A DNA stretch of 36,448 bases from an uncultured Selenomonadaceae bacterium (GCA_905236325.1 CAJOPJ010000230.1:1-36448); one strand, 5' to 3'. Counted from the first letter of the stretch, positions 8,595-17,514 are shown. Made by a program: numbers and translations. Notes: generated from the sequence alone by a model not told the origin.

Positions 8595-9566
8595 ATGATT
8601 ATTGTAACAGGCGGCGCAGGTTTTGTTGGCAGCAATATTGTGCACGAACTAAATAATCAAGGACGCACAGATATTTTAATTGTTGATAACTTGGGCAACG
8701 GCGACAAGTACAAAAACTTAATCGGCTTAAAATTTATTGATTATCAGCACATGGACGACTTCATCAAAACTTTGGGGAAGAGCGACTTTTTCGGACTTGA
8801 TATCGACGCAATTTTCCACGAAGGAGCCTGCGCTGATACTTTGGAACAGGATTTAGGCTTTTTAATGCGCCGCAACTATGAATATTCCAAAGCCTTGCTA
8901 AATTTTTGTATAAATCGCCAAGTGCCTTTTATTTACGCCTCAAGCGCGTCTGTTTATGGCAACGGCAAAAAAGGCTTTATGGAACGCGAAGACTGCGAAG
9001 AGGCTTTAAATCAACACGCCTTTAGCAAATTACTTTTCGACAGGTATGTAAGGCAATTTATTCACGACGCACACAGTAAAATTATCGGCTTAAGATATTT
9101 CAATGTATTCGGTCCGCAAGAAATGCACAAAGACAAAATGGCATCAATTTTTTATCAAATTTATCGACGCATGAAACTTGGCGGCAAATTTATTAAACTT
9201 TACAAAGGCACTGACGGCTACAAAGATGGCGAACAAAAGCGCGACTTCATTTATATTAAAGATGTTGTCAAAATAAATCTGTGGTGCATGGAAAATAATT
9301 TGCCGAATGGAATTTACAACTGCGGAACCGGTCAAGCACACACATTCAATGAAGTCGCTCAAGCTATAATTTCAACAGTCGGCAGCGGCAAAATTGAATA
9401 TACGCCTTTTCCGGACGAACTGCGCGGCAAATATCAAAATTTCACCGAAGCCGATATGTCGAAACTTACAAACGTGGGCTATCAAGAAAATTTCACGCCG
9501 CTGGATTCTGCTGTTCGCGAATATTTCCAAATATTGGACAAAGGCGGCTACTTTTATAATGTATAA
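8595..9566 (+). CDS. hldD: ADP-L-glycero-D-manno-heptose 6-epimerase
   Basis: MIIVTGGAGFVGSNIVHELNNQGRTDILIVDNL, IFHEGACADT, YSKLLFDRYVRQ and FNVFGPQEMHKDKMAS are near-collinear with E. coli HldD/RfaD. Confidence 0.92.
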   Translation: MIIVTGGAGFVGSNIVHELNNQGRTDILIVDNLGNGDKYKNLIGLKFIDYQHMDDFIKTLGKSDFFGLDIDAIFHEGACADTLEQDLGFLMRRNYEYSKALLNFCINRQVPFIYASSASVYGNGKKGFMEREDCEEALNQHAFSKLLFDRYVRQFIHDAHSKIIGLRYFNVFGPQEMHKDKMASIFYQIYRRMKLGGKFIKLYKGTDGYKDGEQKRDFIYIKDVVKINLWCMENNLPNGIYNCGTGQAHTFNEVAQAIISTVGSGKIEYTPFPDELRGKYQNFTEADMSKLTNVGYQENFTPLDSAVREYFQILDKGGYFYNV

Positions 9567-9605
9567 TTAAATTTGAGTAATGGATAATTAAAAATATTTT
9601 TCAAG

Positions 9606-9634
9606 TTGACTTTATAAAACTGTTGTGCTAAATT
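9606..9634 (+). promoter_or_regulatory. Putative promoter for the HMA-domain gene
   Basis: It reads TTGACT, a 17-nt spacer, then TAAATT. Confidence 0.4.
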
Positions 9635-9684
9635 TTAGCTATCGAAAATAAATTTCAATTAAAATATCTAAGCAGGTGATTTTT

Positions 9685-10095
9685 ATGGCAACAGCAGTTT
9701 TGGGAACAGTTATTGCAGTTTGGTTTGCTTTCTGTTTAAAAAAAATGTACAATTCGTTTTTCAAAGGCGAGGCGGCTTGTTGTTCTAACGAAGGCTGCTC
9801 AGGTTGCGCCGGCGGTTGTGCAATGCACAAAGCTATGGAGGACAGTTATCGTGCGCGTGTTGAAAAAATTTCACATTTCGCGCTGAAAAAATCTATTGAT
9901 GTGGACGGAATGACTTGCGACAAATGCGTTGCCAGAGTTGTTCGCGCACTTGAAAAAATTGATGGCGTGGCAGTTGTTGCTGTCAGTCTTGAAAAACAAT
10001 CTGCGCTTGTCGGTTTCACAAAAAATATTTCCAATGACATTTTATCTGACGCAATTAAACGCGCCGGTTATAAAGCTACTGCATTTGCAGCATAA
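9685..10095 (+). CDS. Membrane-anchored heavy-metal-associated (HMA/CopZ-like) protein with an N-terminal FeoB-associated Cys-rich (P12-like) segment
   Basis: The N-terminus has a TM helix (AVLGTVIAVWFAFCL), then KKMYNSFFKG and the Cys cluster CCSNEGCSGCAGGC. The C-terminus is an HMA fold with GMTCDKCVARVVRALEKIDGV. ATG 9685 lies 6 nt after AGGTGA. Confidence 0.75.
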   Translation: MATAVLGTVIAVWFAFCLKKMYNSFFKGEAACCSNEGCSGCAGGCAMHKAMEDSYRARVEKISHFALKKSIDVDGMTCDKCVARVVRALEKIDGVAVVAVSLEKQSALVGFTKNISNDILSDAIKRAGYKATAFAA

Positions 10096-10144
10096 AATAG
10101 CTTTTAAAATTTTATAAAAGCTTAAAGCTGACAACTTAAATATT

Positions 10145-10173
10145 TTGACAATACCTCTGTTATGTGTTAAATT
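10145..10173 (+). promoter_or_regulatory. Putative pncB promoter
   Basis: It reads TTGACA, a 17-nt spacer, then TAAATT. Confidence 0.45.
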
Positions 10174-10189
10174 TTTGCTTGTTTAACAC
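10164..10189. promoter_or_regulatory. Inverted repeat overlapping the pncB -10 region (possible operator)
   Basis: Perfect 8-bp arms GTGTTAAA and TTTAACAC are separated by 10 nt. The repeat spans the -10 element and the predicted transcription start. Confidence 0.3.
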
Positions 10190-10207
10190 TGTACGGAGGA
10201 TTTTTTT

Positions 10208-11668
10208 ATGACGCAATTTGACAGCCGCAATATCAGTATGATGATGGACTTTTATGAAATGACTATGGCAAACGGTTATTTTGAAAGTGGCGGCGAACAC
10301 TCCAGAGTTGCCTTTGATGTATTTTATCGCAGAAATCCCGACAACGGCGGTTTCGCAATTTTTGCAGGATTGGAGCAAATTATTGAGTATGTCGAAAATA
10401 TGCACTTCAGCGCGGAGGATGTAGACTACTTCCGCCGGCAAAATCTGTTCAGCGAAGATTTTTTAAATTACCTTGCTGATTTTCATTTTCACGGCGACAT
10501 TTACGCTTTCCCCGAAGGCACAATTATGTATCCGAACGAACCTTTCATGACAGTTATTGCGGACTTAATCGACGCACAACTGATTGAAACTGCAATTTTG
10601 GCGCAAGTTAATCATCAGTCACTGATTGCTACAAAAGCACGCAGAATTGTTCGCAGTGCGGAAGGCAGATTAGTTTCAGACTTCGGCGCAAGACGCGCAC
10701 ATAATTTCGACGCGGCTACTTACGGCTCACGCGCAGCATTTATCGGCGGAGTTCACGGCACTGCGACTGTTTCGGCAGGTCAGCAGTTCGGTATACCGAT
10801 TAGCGGCACTATGGCGCACAGCTGGGTTATGTACTTCAATGATGAATTTGAGGCTTTCAAACGCTACGCTGAAGTTTATCCTGACGCTACAACTTTGCTT
10901 GTGGATACTTACGATGTAATTCACAGCGGAATCCCAAACGCAATTCGCGTGGCAAAAGAAATTCTTGAACCTCAAGGGCACAGGCTTAAAGGCGTAAGAA
11001 TTGACAGCGGCGATTTAGCTTACCTGTCAAAACGCGTCAGGAAAATGTTGGACGACGCCGAACTTAACGACTGCAAAATTGTTGTCAGCAACAGCTTGGA
11101 CGAATTTACAATAACTTCACTTTTGAATCAAGGCGCGGCGATTGACAGTTTCGGCGTTGGCGAAAGATTGATAACCGCAAAGTCTGAACCTGTTTTCGGC
11201 GCGGTTTATAAAATTGTTGCAGTCGGCGAGGAAGGAAATTTTATTCCGCGAATCAAAGTCAGTGAAAATGTTGAAAAAATTACAAATCCCGGACTTAAAA
11301 GCGTTTACAGAATTTACAACGCGGACGGTCACGCTGTGGCTGATATGATTGCAATGCTTGATGAAGTTGTGGATTTGTCGGAGCCGTTCAGATATATTGA
11401 TCCTATTGAACCTTGGAAACAGCGTAAGTTTATAAATTGCACGGCGAAAAGTCTGCAAAAACTTTATGTCAAAGAAGGCAAGCGCGTTGAAACACTGCCA
11501 ACTTTGCAAGAAATTCGCGACTATGTAAAATTTCAACTCGATAATGAAATTTGGCAGGAAGAACAGCGTTATGAAAATCCGCACAAACATTTCTTGGACT
11601 TCACGCCTGATTACTATGAAATGAAAATGAACTTGCTTTATAAAACGCGGTCAAAATTGAACAGCTAG
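10208..11668 (+). CDS. pncB: Nicotinate phosphoribosyltransferase
   Basis: The 486-aa protein reads MMMDFYEMTMANGYF, SDFGARRAH, GTMAHSWVM, VRIDSGDLAYLS and GVGERLIT, matching the Firmicute-type PncB. The SD is GGAGGA. Confidence 0.92.
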   Translation: MTQFDSRNISMMMDFYEMTMANGYFESGGEHSRVAFDVFYRRNPDNGGFAIFAGLEQIIEYVENMHFSAEDVDYFRRQNLFSEDFLNYLADFHFHGDIYAFPEGTIMYPNEPFMTVIADLIDAQLIETAILAQVNHQSLIATKARRIVRSAEGRLVSDFGARRAHNFDAATYGSRAAFIGGVHGTATVSAGQQFGIPISGTMAHSWVMYFNDEFEAFKRYAEVYPDATTLLVDTYDVIHSGIPNAIRVAKEILEPQGHRLKGVRIDSGDLAYLSKRVRKMLDDAELNDCKIVVSNSLDEFTITSLLNQGAAIDSFGVGERLITAKSEPVFGAVYKIVAVGEEGNFIPRIKVSENVEKITNPGLKSVYRIYNADGHAVADMIAMLDEVVDLSEPFRYIDPIEPWKQRKFINCTAKSLQKLYVKEGKRVETLPTLQEIRDYVKFQLDNEIWQEEQRYENPHKHFLDFTPDYYEMKMNLLYKTRSKLNS

Positions 11669-11679
11669 GAGTGATTGAA

Positions 11680-12579
11680 TTGCTTTCAGAGGAAATTAAA
11701 AACTTCGGTATTGTCGGCTATCCTGTCGGACATTCATTGTCACCAAAAATTTACATGGCGGCTTTTGCGTCGGGTGGCTATCCAAAATACAACTATATTC
11801 CGATGCCAATGCCTGCAGGTCGGCTTATGCTTGTCGTGGACGGCGTTAAGGATTTGGAATTTCGCGGAATCAATGTAACAATTCCGCACAAAACCAACAT
11901 TATGAAATATCTTGACGCGATTGATCCTGACGCAAAAATTATCGGCGCGGTTAATACTATTGTCAATGACGGCGGAATGTTGACCGGCTACAACACAGAT
12001 GTTACAGGCTTTCTTGCGTCGCTGACTGAGGCTGATTTTTTGGCGGAAGATTGCAACGCTGTAATTTTAGGCGCAGGTGGTGTGGCTCGTGCGGCAATTT
12101 GGGGGCTTTGCAAGCGCAATGCAGGTTGCATAACAATCGGCGCAAGAAATCCTGAAAAAGCCGCTAACTTGGCTAAAGATTTTGAACAGTACAGCGATAT
12201 TTTGGTTTATGATTGGCAGGCGGAAGAGTTCAAGGAAATTTTGCAGTCGGCGGACATTTTGATTAACGCAACGCCGCTGGGTATGTATCCAAATTTGGAC
12301 GAAATGCCACCGGTAGACTTGACGCTTTTGCCTGAAGGCGCGTTGGTTTACGATATAATTTACAACCCCGCCAAAACAAAATTTTTGCAGAAGGCAGAGG
12401 AACTCGGCTTCAAAACTTTGAACGGCTTGTCAATGCTTTTGCGACAGGGCGAAGAAGCTTACAGGCTTTTCACAGGCGAACTGCCGGACCTCGACATAAT
12501 GCGGCGCGTTGCCTTGCAAGAATTGAAAGTTCTGCAAAGAAAAATTGACAAGGAAAAAGAAAAAACCACCATTCAATAA
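11680..12579 (+). CDS. aroE: Shikimate dehydrogenase
   Basis: It carries the motifs GIVGYPVGHSLSPKIY, NVTIPHK, AVNT, GYNTD, GAGGVARA and Y-D-IYNP. TTG 11680 lies 7 nt after AGGAGTG; GTG 11671 abuts the SD. Confidence 0.9.
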   Translation: MLSEEIKNFGIVGYPVGHSLSPKIYMAAFASGGYPKYNYIPMPMPAGRLMLVVDGVKDLEFRGINVTIPHKTNIMKYLDAIDPDAKIIGAVNTIVNDGGMLTGYNTDVTGFLASLTEADFLAEDCNAVILGAGGVARAAIWGLCKRNAGCITIGARNPEKAANLAKDFEQYSDILVYDWQAEEFKEILQSADILINATPLGMYPNLDEMPPVDLTLLPEGALVYDIIYNPAKTKFLQKAEELGFKTLNGLSMLLRQGEEAYRLFTGELPDLDIMRRVALQELKVLQRKIDKEKEKTTIQ

Positions 12580-12593
12580 CTTGGTTGGTGGTT
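12564..12593. terminator. Hairpin between the convergent aroE and DUF512 genes
   Basis: The stem is AACCACCA / TGGTGGTT (8 bp). A T-rich tract follows on the minus strand, so it is better as the DUF512 terminator, and the + side is weaker. It overlaps the aroE stop. Confidence 0.4.
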
Positions 12594-12643
12594 TGACTTT
12601 GACTGATTTTTATGTGAATAATCCTGAACCTTCGCGCGATGGT

Positions 12644-13960
12644 TTAACTGCCATAGGAGTATAAAACTTTTTTCGGCTGAAAATCTTGACCGACCAATGC
12701 TTGATAAAATTCTGCGCCGGTTCTGATTGGTACAATTTCAGCTGAAAAATTTTTCTGCAAATCTTCAACAGAAACATCATCAAGAAAAACTTTTTCGCCG
12801 GCGCGTAAAGCTGTTGCCGGAATTAAAATTTTGTCGCAGTCACTGCGGCTATTTTTTTGCAGATTTTTTAAAATGTCTGCGCCGGTCAAAAGTCCTGAAA
12901 CATTCACAGTCGCGCCGAAAAATTCATTCTCGACAGGAATAATTTTTGCGTCAACTTGCAAATTTTCAGCCAAACTTTGCAAAATTTTAGCAAAGGAAGT
13001 TCCTGCTACAACATCGACTTTCAAACTCACTGCCAAATGTTCACTGTCCATCGAATAAAAATCTTCAATAAAATTTCGCGTCAAGCCAATGCCATTTTCA
13101 ATTTGAGGAAAGTCGTCATAAAAATCAGCAGGCGGCATTTCGCGTTCAGCCAGAAAATAAAATTCGTCGCCAAGATAAATAAAAGTTTTGCCAATTTCTG
13201 CGCGTATTTTTTGCTGAATTTTTTCAACCTGCGCGATAACTTTTTCTGCGCCGACTTTATCAAACTGGTTAAGCTGAAAATTGTCGCGTCTGTGTTTAGT
13301 TACGCCGACAGGAACAATCGCCAAACTTTGAACATACGGACGACGCTTTAAAAGTTCGGCAATAGTGAAGTCCAATTCCGAGCCGTCATTCAAGCCGGCG
13401 CAAAGTACAACCTGAGTGTGATATTCCACGCCACAACTTTCCAACTTGTCGAGCTGTTCGGAAATTTTTTCTGCAAGCGGTGTTCTAAGCATTTTCGCGC
13501 GTAATTTTGGATTCATTGCCTGAATTGAAATGTAAAGCGGCGACAGGTGAAAATTTTTTATGCGTTTGAAGTCCGCGTCAGTCAAATTTGTCAACGTGAT
13601 AAAATTGCCATACAAAAAACTAAGTCGATAATCGTCGTCCTTGATAGACAAAGTTTTACGCATATTTGGCGCGATCATATCGACAAAACAAAAAACGCAG
13701 TGATTTTTGCACTGCTGAACTTTATCAACCGCCGATTCAAACTTTGCGCCAATTTCTTCGTCCGCGTCTTTGTCAAAGGCAATAATTTCCTGCTCGCCGT
13801 CCGCATGTTCGACTAAAAGTTCAATTTCTTCGTCCGCAAATAAAAAGCTGAATTCAATCAAGTCTTGCGGCTTGGAATCGTTCACAGCCAAAATTTTGTC
13901 GCCGACCACTAAGCCCAATTCTTCAGCCAAGCCCTGCGGTTCAATTTCTGCAATAGTCAT
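12644..13960 (-). CDS. PDZ domain + DUF512 (radical-SAM-like) protein
   Basis: The N-terminus is PDZ-like (GLAEELGLVVGDKILAVND). A Cys cluster CKNHCVFCFVD and a long DUF512-type C-terminus follow, as in the Firmicute gene usually found near der. Confidence 0.75.
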   Translation of the reverse strand: MTIAEIEPQGLAEELGLVVGDKILAVNDSKPQDLIEFSFLFADEEIELLVEHADGEQEIIAFDKDADEEIGAKFESAVDKVQQCKNHCVFCFVDMIAPNMRKTLSIKDDDYRLSFLYGNFITLTNLTDADFKRIKNFHLSPLYISIQAMNPKLRAKMLRTPLAEKISEQLDKLESCGVEYHTQVVLCAGLNDGSELDFTIAELLKRRPYVQSLAIVPVGVTKHRRDNFQLNQFDKVGAEKVIAQVEKIQQKIRAEIGKTFIYLGDEFYFLAEREMPPADFYDDFPQIENGIGLTRNFIEDFYSMDSEHLAVSLKVDVVAGTSFAKILQSLAENLQVDAKIIPVENEFFGATVNVSGLLTGADILKNLQKNSRSDCDKILIPATALRAGEKVFLDDVSVEDLQKNFSAEIVPIRTGAEFYQALVGQDFQPKKVLYSYGS

Positions 13961-15747
13961 CTGTTTTTACTTGCCCCGCCTTCACGCGTTGGAACATCGC
14001 CTTCAGCATCAAAAGTTTCAATGCTCACAGGTTCATCATAATTTTGTGCGCCGTGTTCACTATAAATTTCAGCATCGCGGCGTTCAGCTTGAGTTTCCTC
14101 ACGCGCAGAAATTACCAAGTCTACGCTGTCGCCTTCAGAAAGCTCAGCATTAGGCGCAGGAGTTTGACTTACAACAGTGCCTTCAGCTTGGTGGCTTGTT
14201 TCATAGCTGATTGAACCGACAATCAAGCCACGACTTTCAATGCTTGAACGCGCAACTTCCAAACTTGCATTTTGAACATCAGGTACGCTGACTTTTGCAG
14301 GTTCGTTTTGCTGTTTACTGCCGCGTGAAACAATTAAATCAACGCTTTGTCCACGCACAATTTTTGTTCCAAGTGTTGGGTCGTGCGATAAAACTGTTCC
14401 GGGTTCAGCGTCGTCATCTTTTTCATAAACCGAACCAAGTTTCAAACCAAGTTTCAGAAGTCTTTCGGTTGCCGCCGATTTAGTTAAGCCAACTAAGTCC
14501 GGCATATCGATAGCCTCGCCGCCTTTGCTGACATAAATTGTAACAAGCCTTTCAGCTTTGACACTGCGTCCAGGGTCTGGGTCTTGCGAAACAACTTGAC
14601 CGGCAGGAACGGTAGCGTCGTAAGTTTCGGCAACATTCACGCGTAATTTGCCGTCCTCAAGAATTTGTCTTGCTAAAGCTAACTGCTTGCCTTTGACATC
14701 AGGCACGATAACTTCCTCACTGCTCCAAAATTTGCCGAATGACATAAAACTTCCAATACCAATACCAAACAATAAAAATGCAACCACACCGGCAATAAAC
14801 ATTTTGCCTTTGTAGAAAGGTTTTTCGGCAGGTTCAGAATTTGTATTTGAAATATTTCTGCGCGGCGAAAAATTATTTTCTGAACGCGGCAAAAGTTGCG
14901 TTGCGTCAGGGTCACCGGGATTTATGACATTCAAACTTGCCTCAATGTTTGTCAAGGCTTGAATTAAATCAAAAGCTGTCGGGCGGTGTTCAGGATTTTT
15001 GCTCATAGCGCGGAGCGTAACAGCCTCGAACATTGGCGGAATATGCGAACGATACATGCTGGGAATTGTAGGTTCTTCTTCAATGTGTTTCATTGCGATA
15101 GCAACTGCATTTTCGCCTGTGAAAGGCAACTTGCCTGTCAACATTTCATACATAACAACGCCAAGCGAATAAACATCAGACTTTGGGGTGATAGTTGAGC
15201 CTTGCGCCTGTTCGGGCGAAAAATAATGCACGCTGCCGACAACACTGCCGCTGTAAGTCATTGTTGATTCAGTGACTGCGCGTGCAATTCCGAAGTCAGC
15301 AATTTTTGCGTGACCGTCAGCCGTCAGCAAAATGTTGTGCGGCTTAATGTCGCAGTGAACTAAATTATTTTCGTGCGCGTGAGCCAAGCCGCTTGCAATG
15401 TCTTTTGCGATTGTCACGGCTTCTGAAATTTCTAACGCGCCGACTTCGCGCAATTTGTCTTTGAGCGAATTGCCCTGCACATATTCCATAACAATGTAGT
15501 GATCGTCGCCGTCAATACCGACATCATAAATATTTACAATGTTTGCGTGCGAAAGACGCGCAGCCGCCTTTGCCTCGCGGTGAAATTTTTCAATAAATTC
15601 AGCGTCCGCCTTGTAGGCTTCGTGCAAAATTTTCACTGCAACTTTTCTATCAAGCAATTTATCATGCGCCAAGTAAACTTCTGCCATTCCGCCGGAGCCA
15701 ATTTTTTCCTCCAACGCGTAACGCTCGCCCAAAATTCGCTGAGCCAT
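13957..15747 (-). CDS. prkC: PASTA-domain Ser/Thr protein kinase (PrkC/PknB/Stk1 family)
   Basis: The Hanks kinase motifs are present: GSGGMAEVY, VAVK, HCDIKPHNIL, DFGIA and SPEQ. A TM segment (MFIAGVVAFLLFGIGIGSF) is followed by three PASTA-like repeats (VPDVKGK, MPDLVGL, VPDVQNA). Confidence 0.95.
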   Translation of the reverse strand: MAQRILGERYALEEKIGSGGMAEVYLAHDKLLDRKVAVKILHEAYKADAEFIEKFHREAKAAARLSHANIVNIYDVGIDGDDHYIVMEYVQGNSLKDKLREVGALEISEAVTIAKDIASGLAHAHENNLVHCDIKPHNILLTADGHAKIADFGIARAVTESTMTYSGSVVGSVHYFSPEQAQGSTITPKSDVYSLGVVMYEMLTGKLPFTGENAVAIAMKHIEEEPTIPSMYRSHIPPMFEAVTLRAMSKNPEHRPTAFDLIQALTNIEASLNVINPGDPDATQLLPRSENNFSPRRNISNTNSEPAEKPFYKGKMFIAGVVAFLLFGIGIGSFMSFGKFWSSEEVIVPDVKGKQLALARQILEDGKLRVNVAETYDATVPAGQVVSQDPDPGRSVKAERLVTIYVSKGGEAIDMPDLVGLTKSAATERLLKLGLKLGSVYEKDDDAEPGTVLSHDPTLGTKIVRGQSVDLIVSRGSKQQNEPAKVSVPDVQNASLEVARSSIESRGLIVGSISYETSHQAEGTVVSQTPAPNAELSEGDSVDLVISAREETQAERRDAEIYSEHGAQNYDEPVSIETFDAEGDVPTREGGASKNR

Positions 15748-15773
15748 TAAAATTTCTCCCTTCGGTCGAAATT

Positions 15774-15799
15774 AGACGCTAGTAAATTTTCTAGCGTCT
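15774..15799 (-). promoter_or_regulatory. Perfect 9-bp hairpin in the PP2C-kinase spacer
   Basis: The arms AGACGCTAG and CTAGCGTCT flank an 8-nt loop. No U-run follows on the transcribed (minus) strand, so it is not a classical terminator. It may be a processing or stability element. Confidence 0.35.
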
Positions 15800-15804
15800 G
15801 GTGT

Positions 15805-16503
15805 TTAATTTTTAACCACTATTACAGAAATATTATCGTGACCGCCACCGTCCAACGCGGCTTGAATTAAATCATCTGCAGGATTCTCACTTTCAAGTAT
15901 TATATGCCCAATGTGCCAATCGTCAACCATATTTGTTAAGCCGTCCGTGCAAAGCAAATAAATATCGCCGTTTTGAACTTCAAAACTGCCGACTTCGACT
16001 TCAATTTCTTCCATTGCGCCGACTGCCTGTGTCAAAACATTTTTCATTGGATGTACGCGCGCTTGTTCAGGTGTAATTTCGCCGCTGCGAACTAAAGATT
16101 CAACATAGGATTGATCTTCTGTAATTTGTTCAAATTTTAAATTGCACATTCTGTAAAGCCGGCTGTCGCCAACTTGTGCAAAATACGCCCTGCCTTCCGA
16201 CAAATTTAAAATTGTCGCAGTTGTGCCCATGCCTTGAAGTTCAGGATTTTCACGCGCCCTTTGTAAAATTGCTGTGTTAGATTTTAATATTGCTTGCTTT
16301 AAAATTTCCTCAGTCCAATCTTCCTGAACTTGCAATAAAAAATTTTGCACTGTGTCAATCAATAAATTGCTTGCAACTTCGCCGGCGACTGCGCCGCCCA
16401 TACCGTCCGCCACAACAAAAGCTGCAGGTTTGATAATTGCCAGCGCGTCTTCATTGTTTTTGCGAACTTTGCCGACATGCGTTGCTTGATAAATTTTTAG
16501 CAC
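15805..16503 (-). CDS. PP2C-family Ser/Thr phosphatase (Stp1/PrpC-like)
   Basis: It carries the motifs RKNNEDA, VADGMGG, GDSRLY and LCTDGLT..GGHDNISVIVV. The GTG start at 16503 lies 8 nt after GGAGG. Confidence 0.92.
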   Translation of the reverse strand: MLKIYQATHVGKVRKNNEDALAIIKPAAFVVADGMGGAVAGEVASNLLIDTVQNFLLQVQEDWTEEILKQAILKSNTAILQRARENPELQGMGTTATILNLSEGRAYFAQVGDSRLYRMCNLKFEQITEDQSYVESLVRSGEITPEQARVHPMKNVLTQAVGAMEEIEVEVGSFEVQNGDIYLLCTDGLTNMVDDWHIGHIILESENPADDLIQAALDGGGHDNISVIVVKN

Positions 16504-16624
16504 TTACTCAACCTCCAAAATTTTAGTCTTCATAATGACCTTTGCAAGACAAATTACGCCTTCTTTGTTGCACTTAAGCGTCATTTTATTTTTTCAAGGA
16601 TATTTTCTTAGCCAACATTTTCAA

Positions 16625-17404
16625 TCACTCCAAAACTTTGTAAATCAATGTAGTATTTCCAATTAAAATTTTATCGCCGTGCTTAAGTTCATGGCGATTG
16701 ATCTGCTTTTTATTTACAAAAGTGCCATTCAAACTGCCTGCGTCCTTCAAAATATGTCTATGGCGTTCATAAGAAATGTAGGCGTGAATCCTGCTTGCGC
16801 CTTCGTCGTCCAAAACAAAATCATTTGTATCTTTGCGACCGATATAAATTTGCTTTTCGCCAATAACTTTTTCGGCAGTTTTTAAATCAGTCAGCACTGC
16901 CAAGTCGTAAGAAATATTTTTTGGCGCGGCTGTTTTCATTGTTGAAGAAATTTTTGTCTTGTCTGCAATAATAGTTTCGCCGGCTGAAGTATTTTCAATA
17001 GCCAGCAGTGTTTGCGATAAAACATCATTTTCAAGATTTATTGTGTCCTGAGTATTTTTATTTTCATCAACAAAAGCTGTTTTAATTACAATCGCGTCGT
17101 CGCCTTCAATCAGCTTTTCAATTTTTATTGACAAATCGCCGTCCATAAAACAATTTTCGCGTATGACTTTTTTTTCGACAGCGATATAAAGTGCCTTTAT
17201 AATTCGCGCCGCGTTCAGTTTGTGATAATCTTCCTCCGACAAAAAAATGGTATAATCATTTGGCGCAACTTGAACGCCATTGACAGATTTTTTTTGTTTG
17301 GCAACTTCGCGCTCCAAAGCCTTAATCAGCGCAGGTGGATCAATTTCGCCGCGCTTTTGAAATAAATTTGAAATTTGACTGCTAATCACACTTGTAAGTT
17401 TCAA
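16625..17404 (-). CDS. FhaA-like protein (DUF3662-type N-terminus + C-terminal FHA domain)
   Basis: The C-terminal FHA signature is IGRKDTNDFVLDDEGASRIHAYI...LKDAGSLNGTFVN. The N-terminus (ISNLFQKRGEIDPPALIKALEREV) resembles the FhaA N-domain. The start is TTG, after GGAGATG. Confidence 0.8.
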   Translation of the reverse strand: MKLTSVISSQISNLFQKRGEIDPPALIKALEREVAKQKKSVNGVQVAPNDYTIFLSEEDYHKLNAARIIKALYIAVEKKVIRENCFMDGDLSIKIEKLIEGDDAIVIKTAFVDENKNTQDTINLENDVLSQTLLAIENTSAGETIIADKTKISSTMKTAAPKNISYDLAVLTDLKTAEKVIGEKQIYIGRKDTNDFVLDDEGASRIHAYISYERHRHILKDAGSLNGTFVNKKQINRHELKHGDKILIGNTTLIYKVLE

Positions 17405-17482
17405 GTTAAATACATCTCCAGTTTAGCTTTTAGCATTTTTTAAATTTCTAACGACTAAAGTCTAACAGTTTTTTTCTGCAAG

Positions 17483-17511
17483 ATTATAACACTTTTAATT
17501 TTTCTACTCAA
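17483..17511 (-). promoter_or_regulatory. Putative promoter of the fhaA-like / PP2C / prkC / DUF512 operon
   Basis: On the minus strand it reads TTGAGT, a 17-nt spacer, then TGT-TATAAT (extended -10). Confidence 0.5.
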
Positions 17512-17514
17512 TAT

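Noticed and set aside
16504-16624. Two tiny ORFs lie in the fhaA-like / PP2C spacer on the minus strand. One has 10 codons (MLAKKISLKK) and the other 26 codons (MTLKCNKEGVICLAKVIMKTKILEVE), ending right at the PP2C GTG.
   Set aside because: Nothing supports them beyond an SD-like GGAGTG for the first. They are probably chance ORFs in an AT-rich spacer. The spacer itself is discussed under the signalling-module finding.
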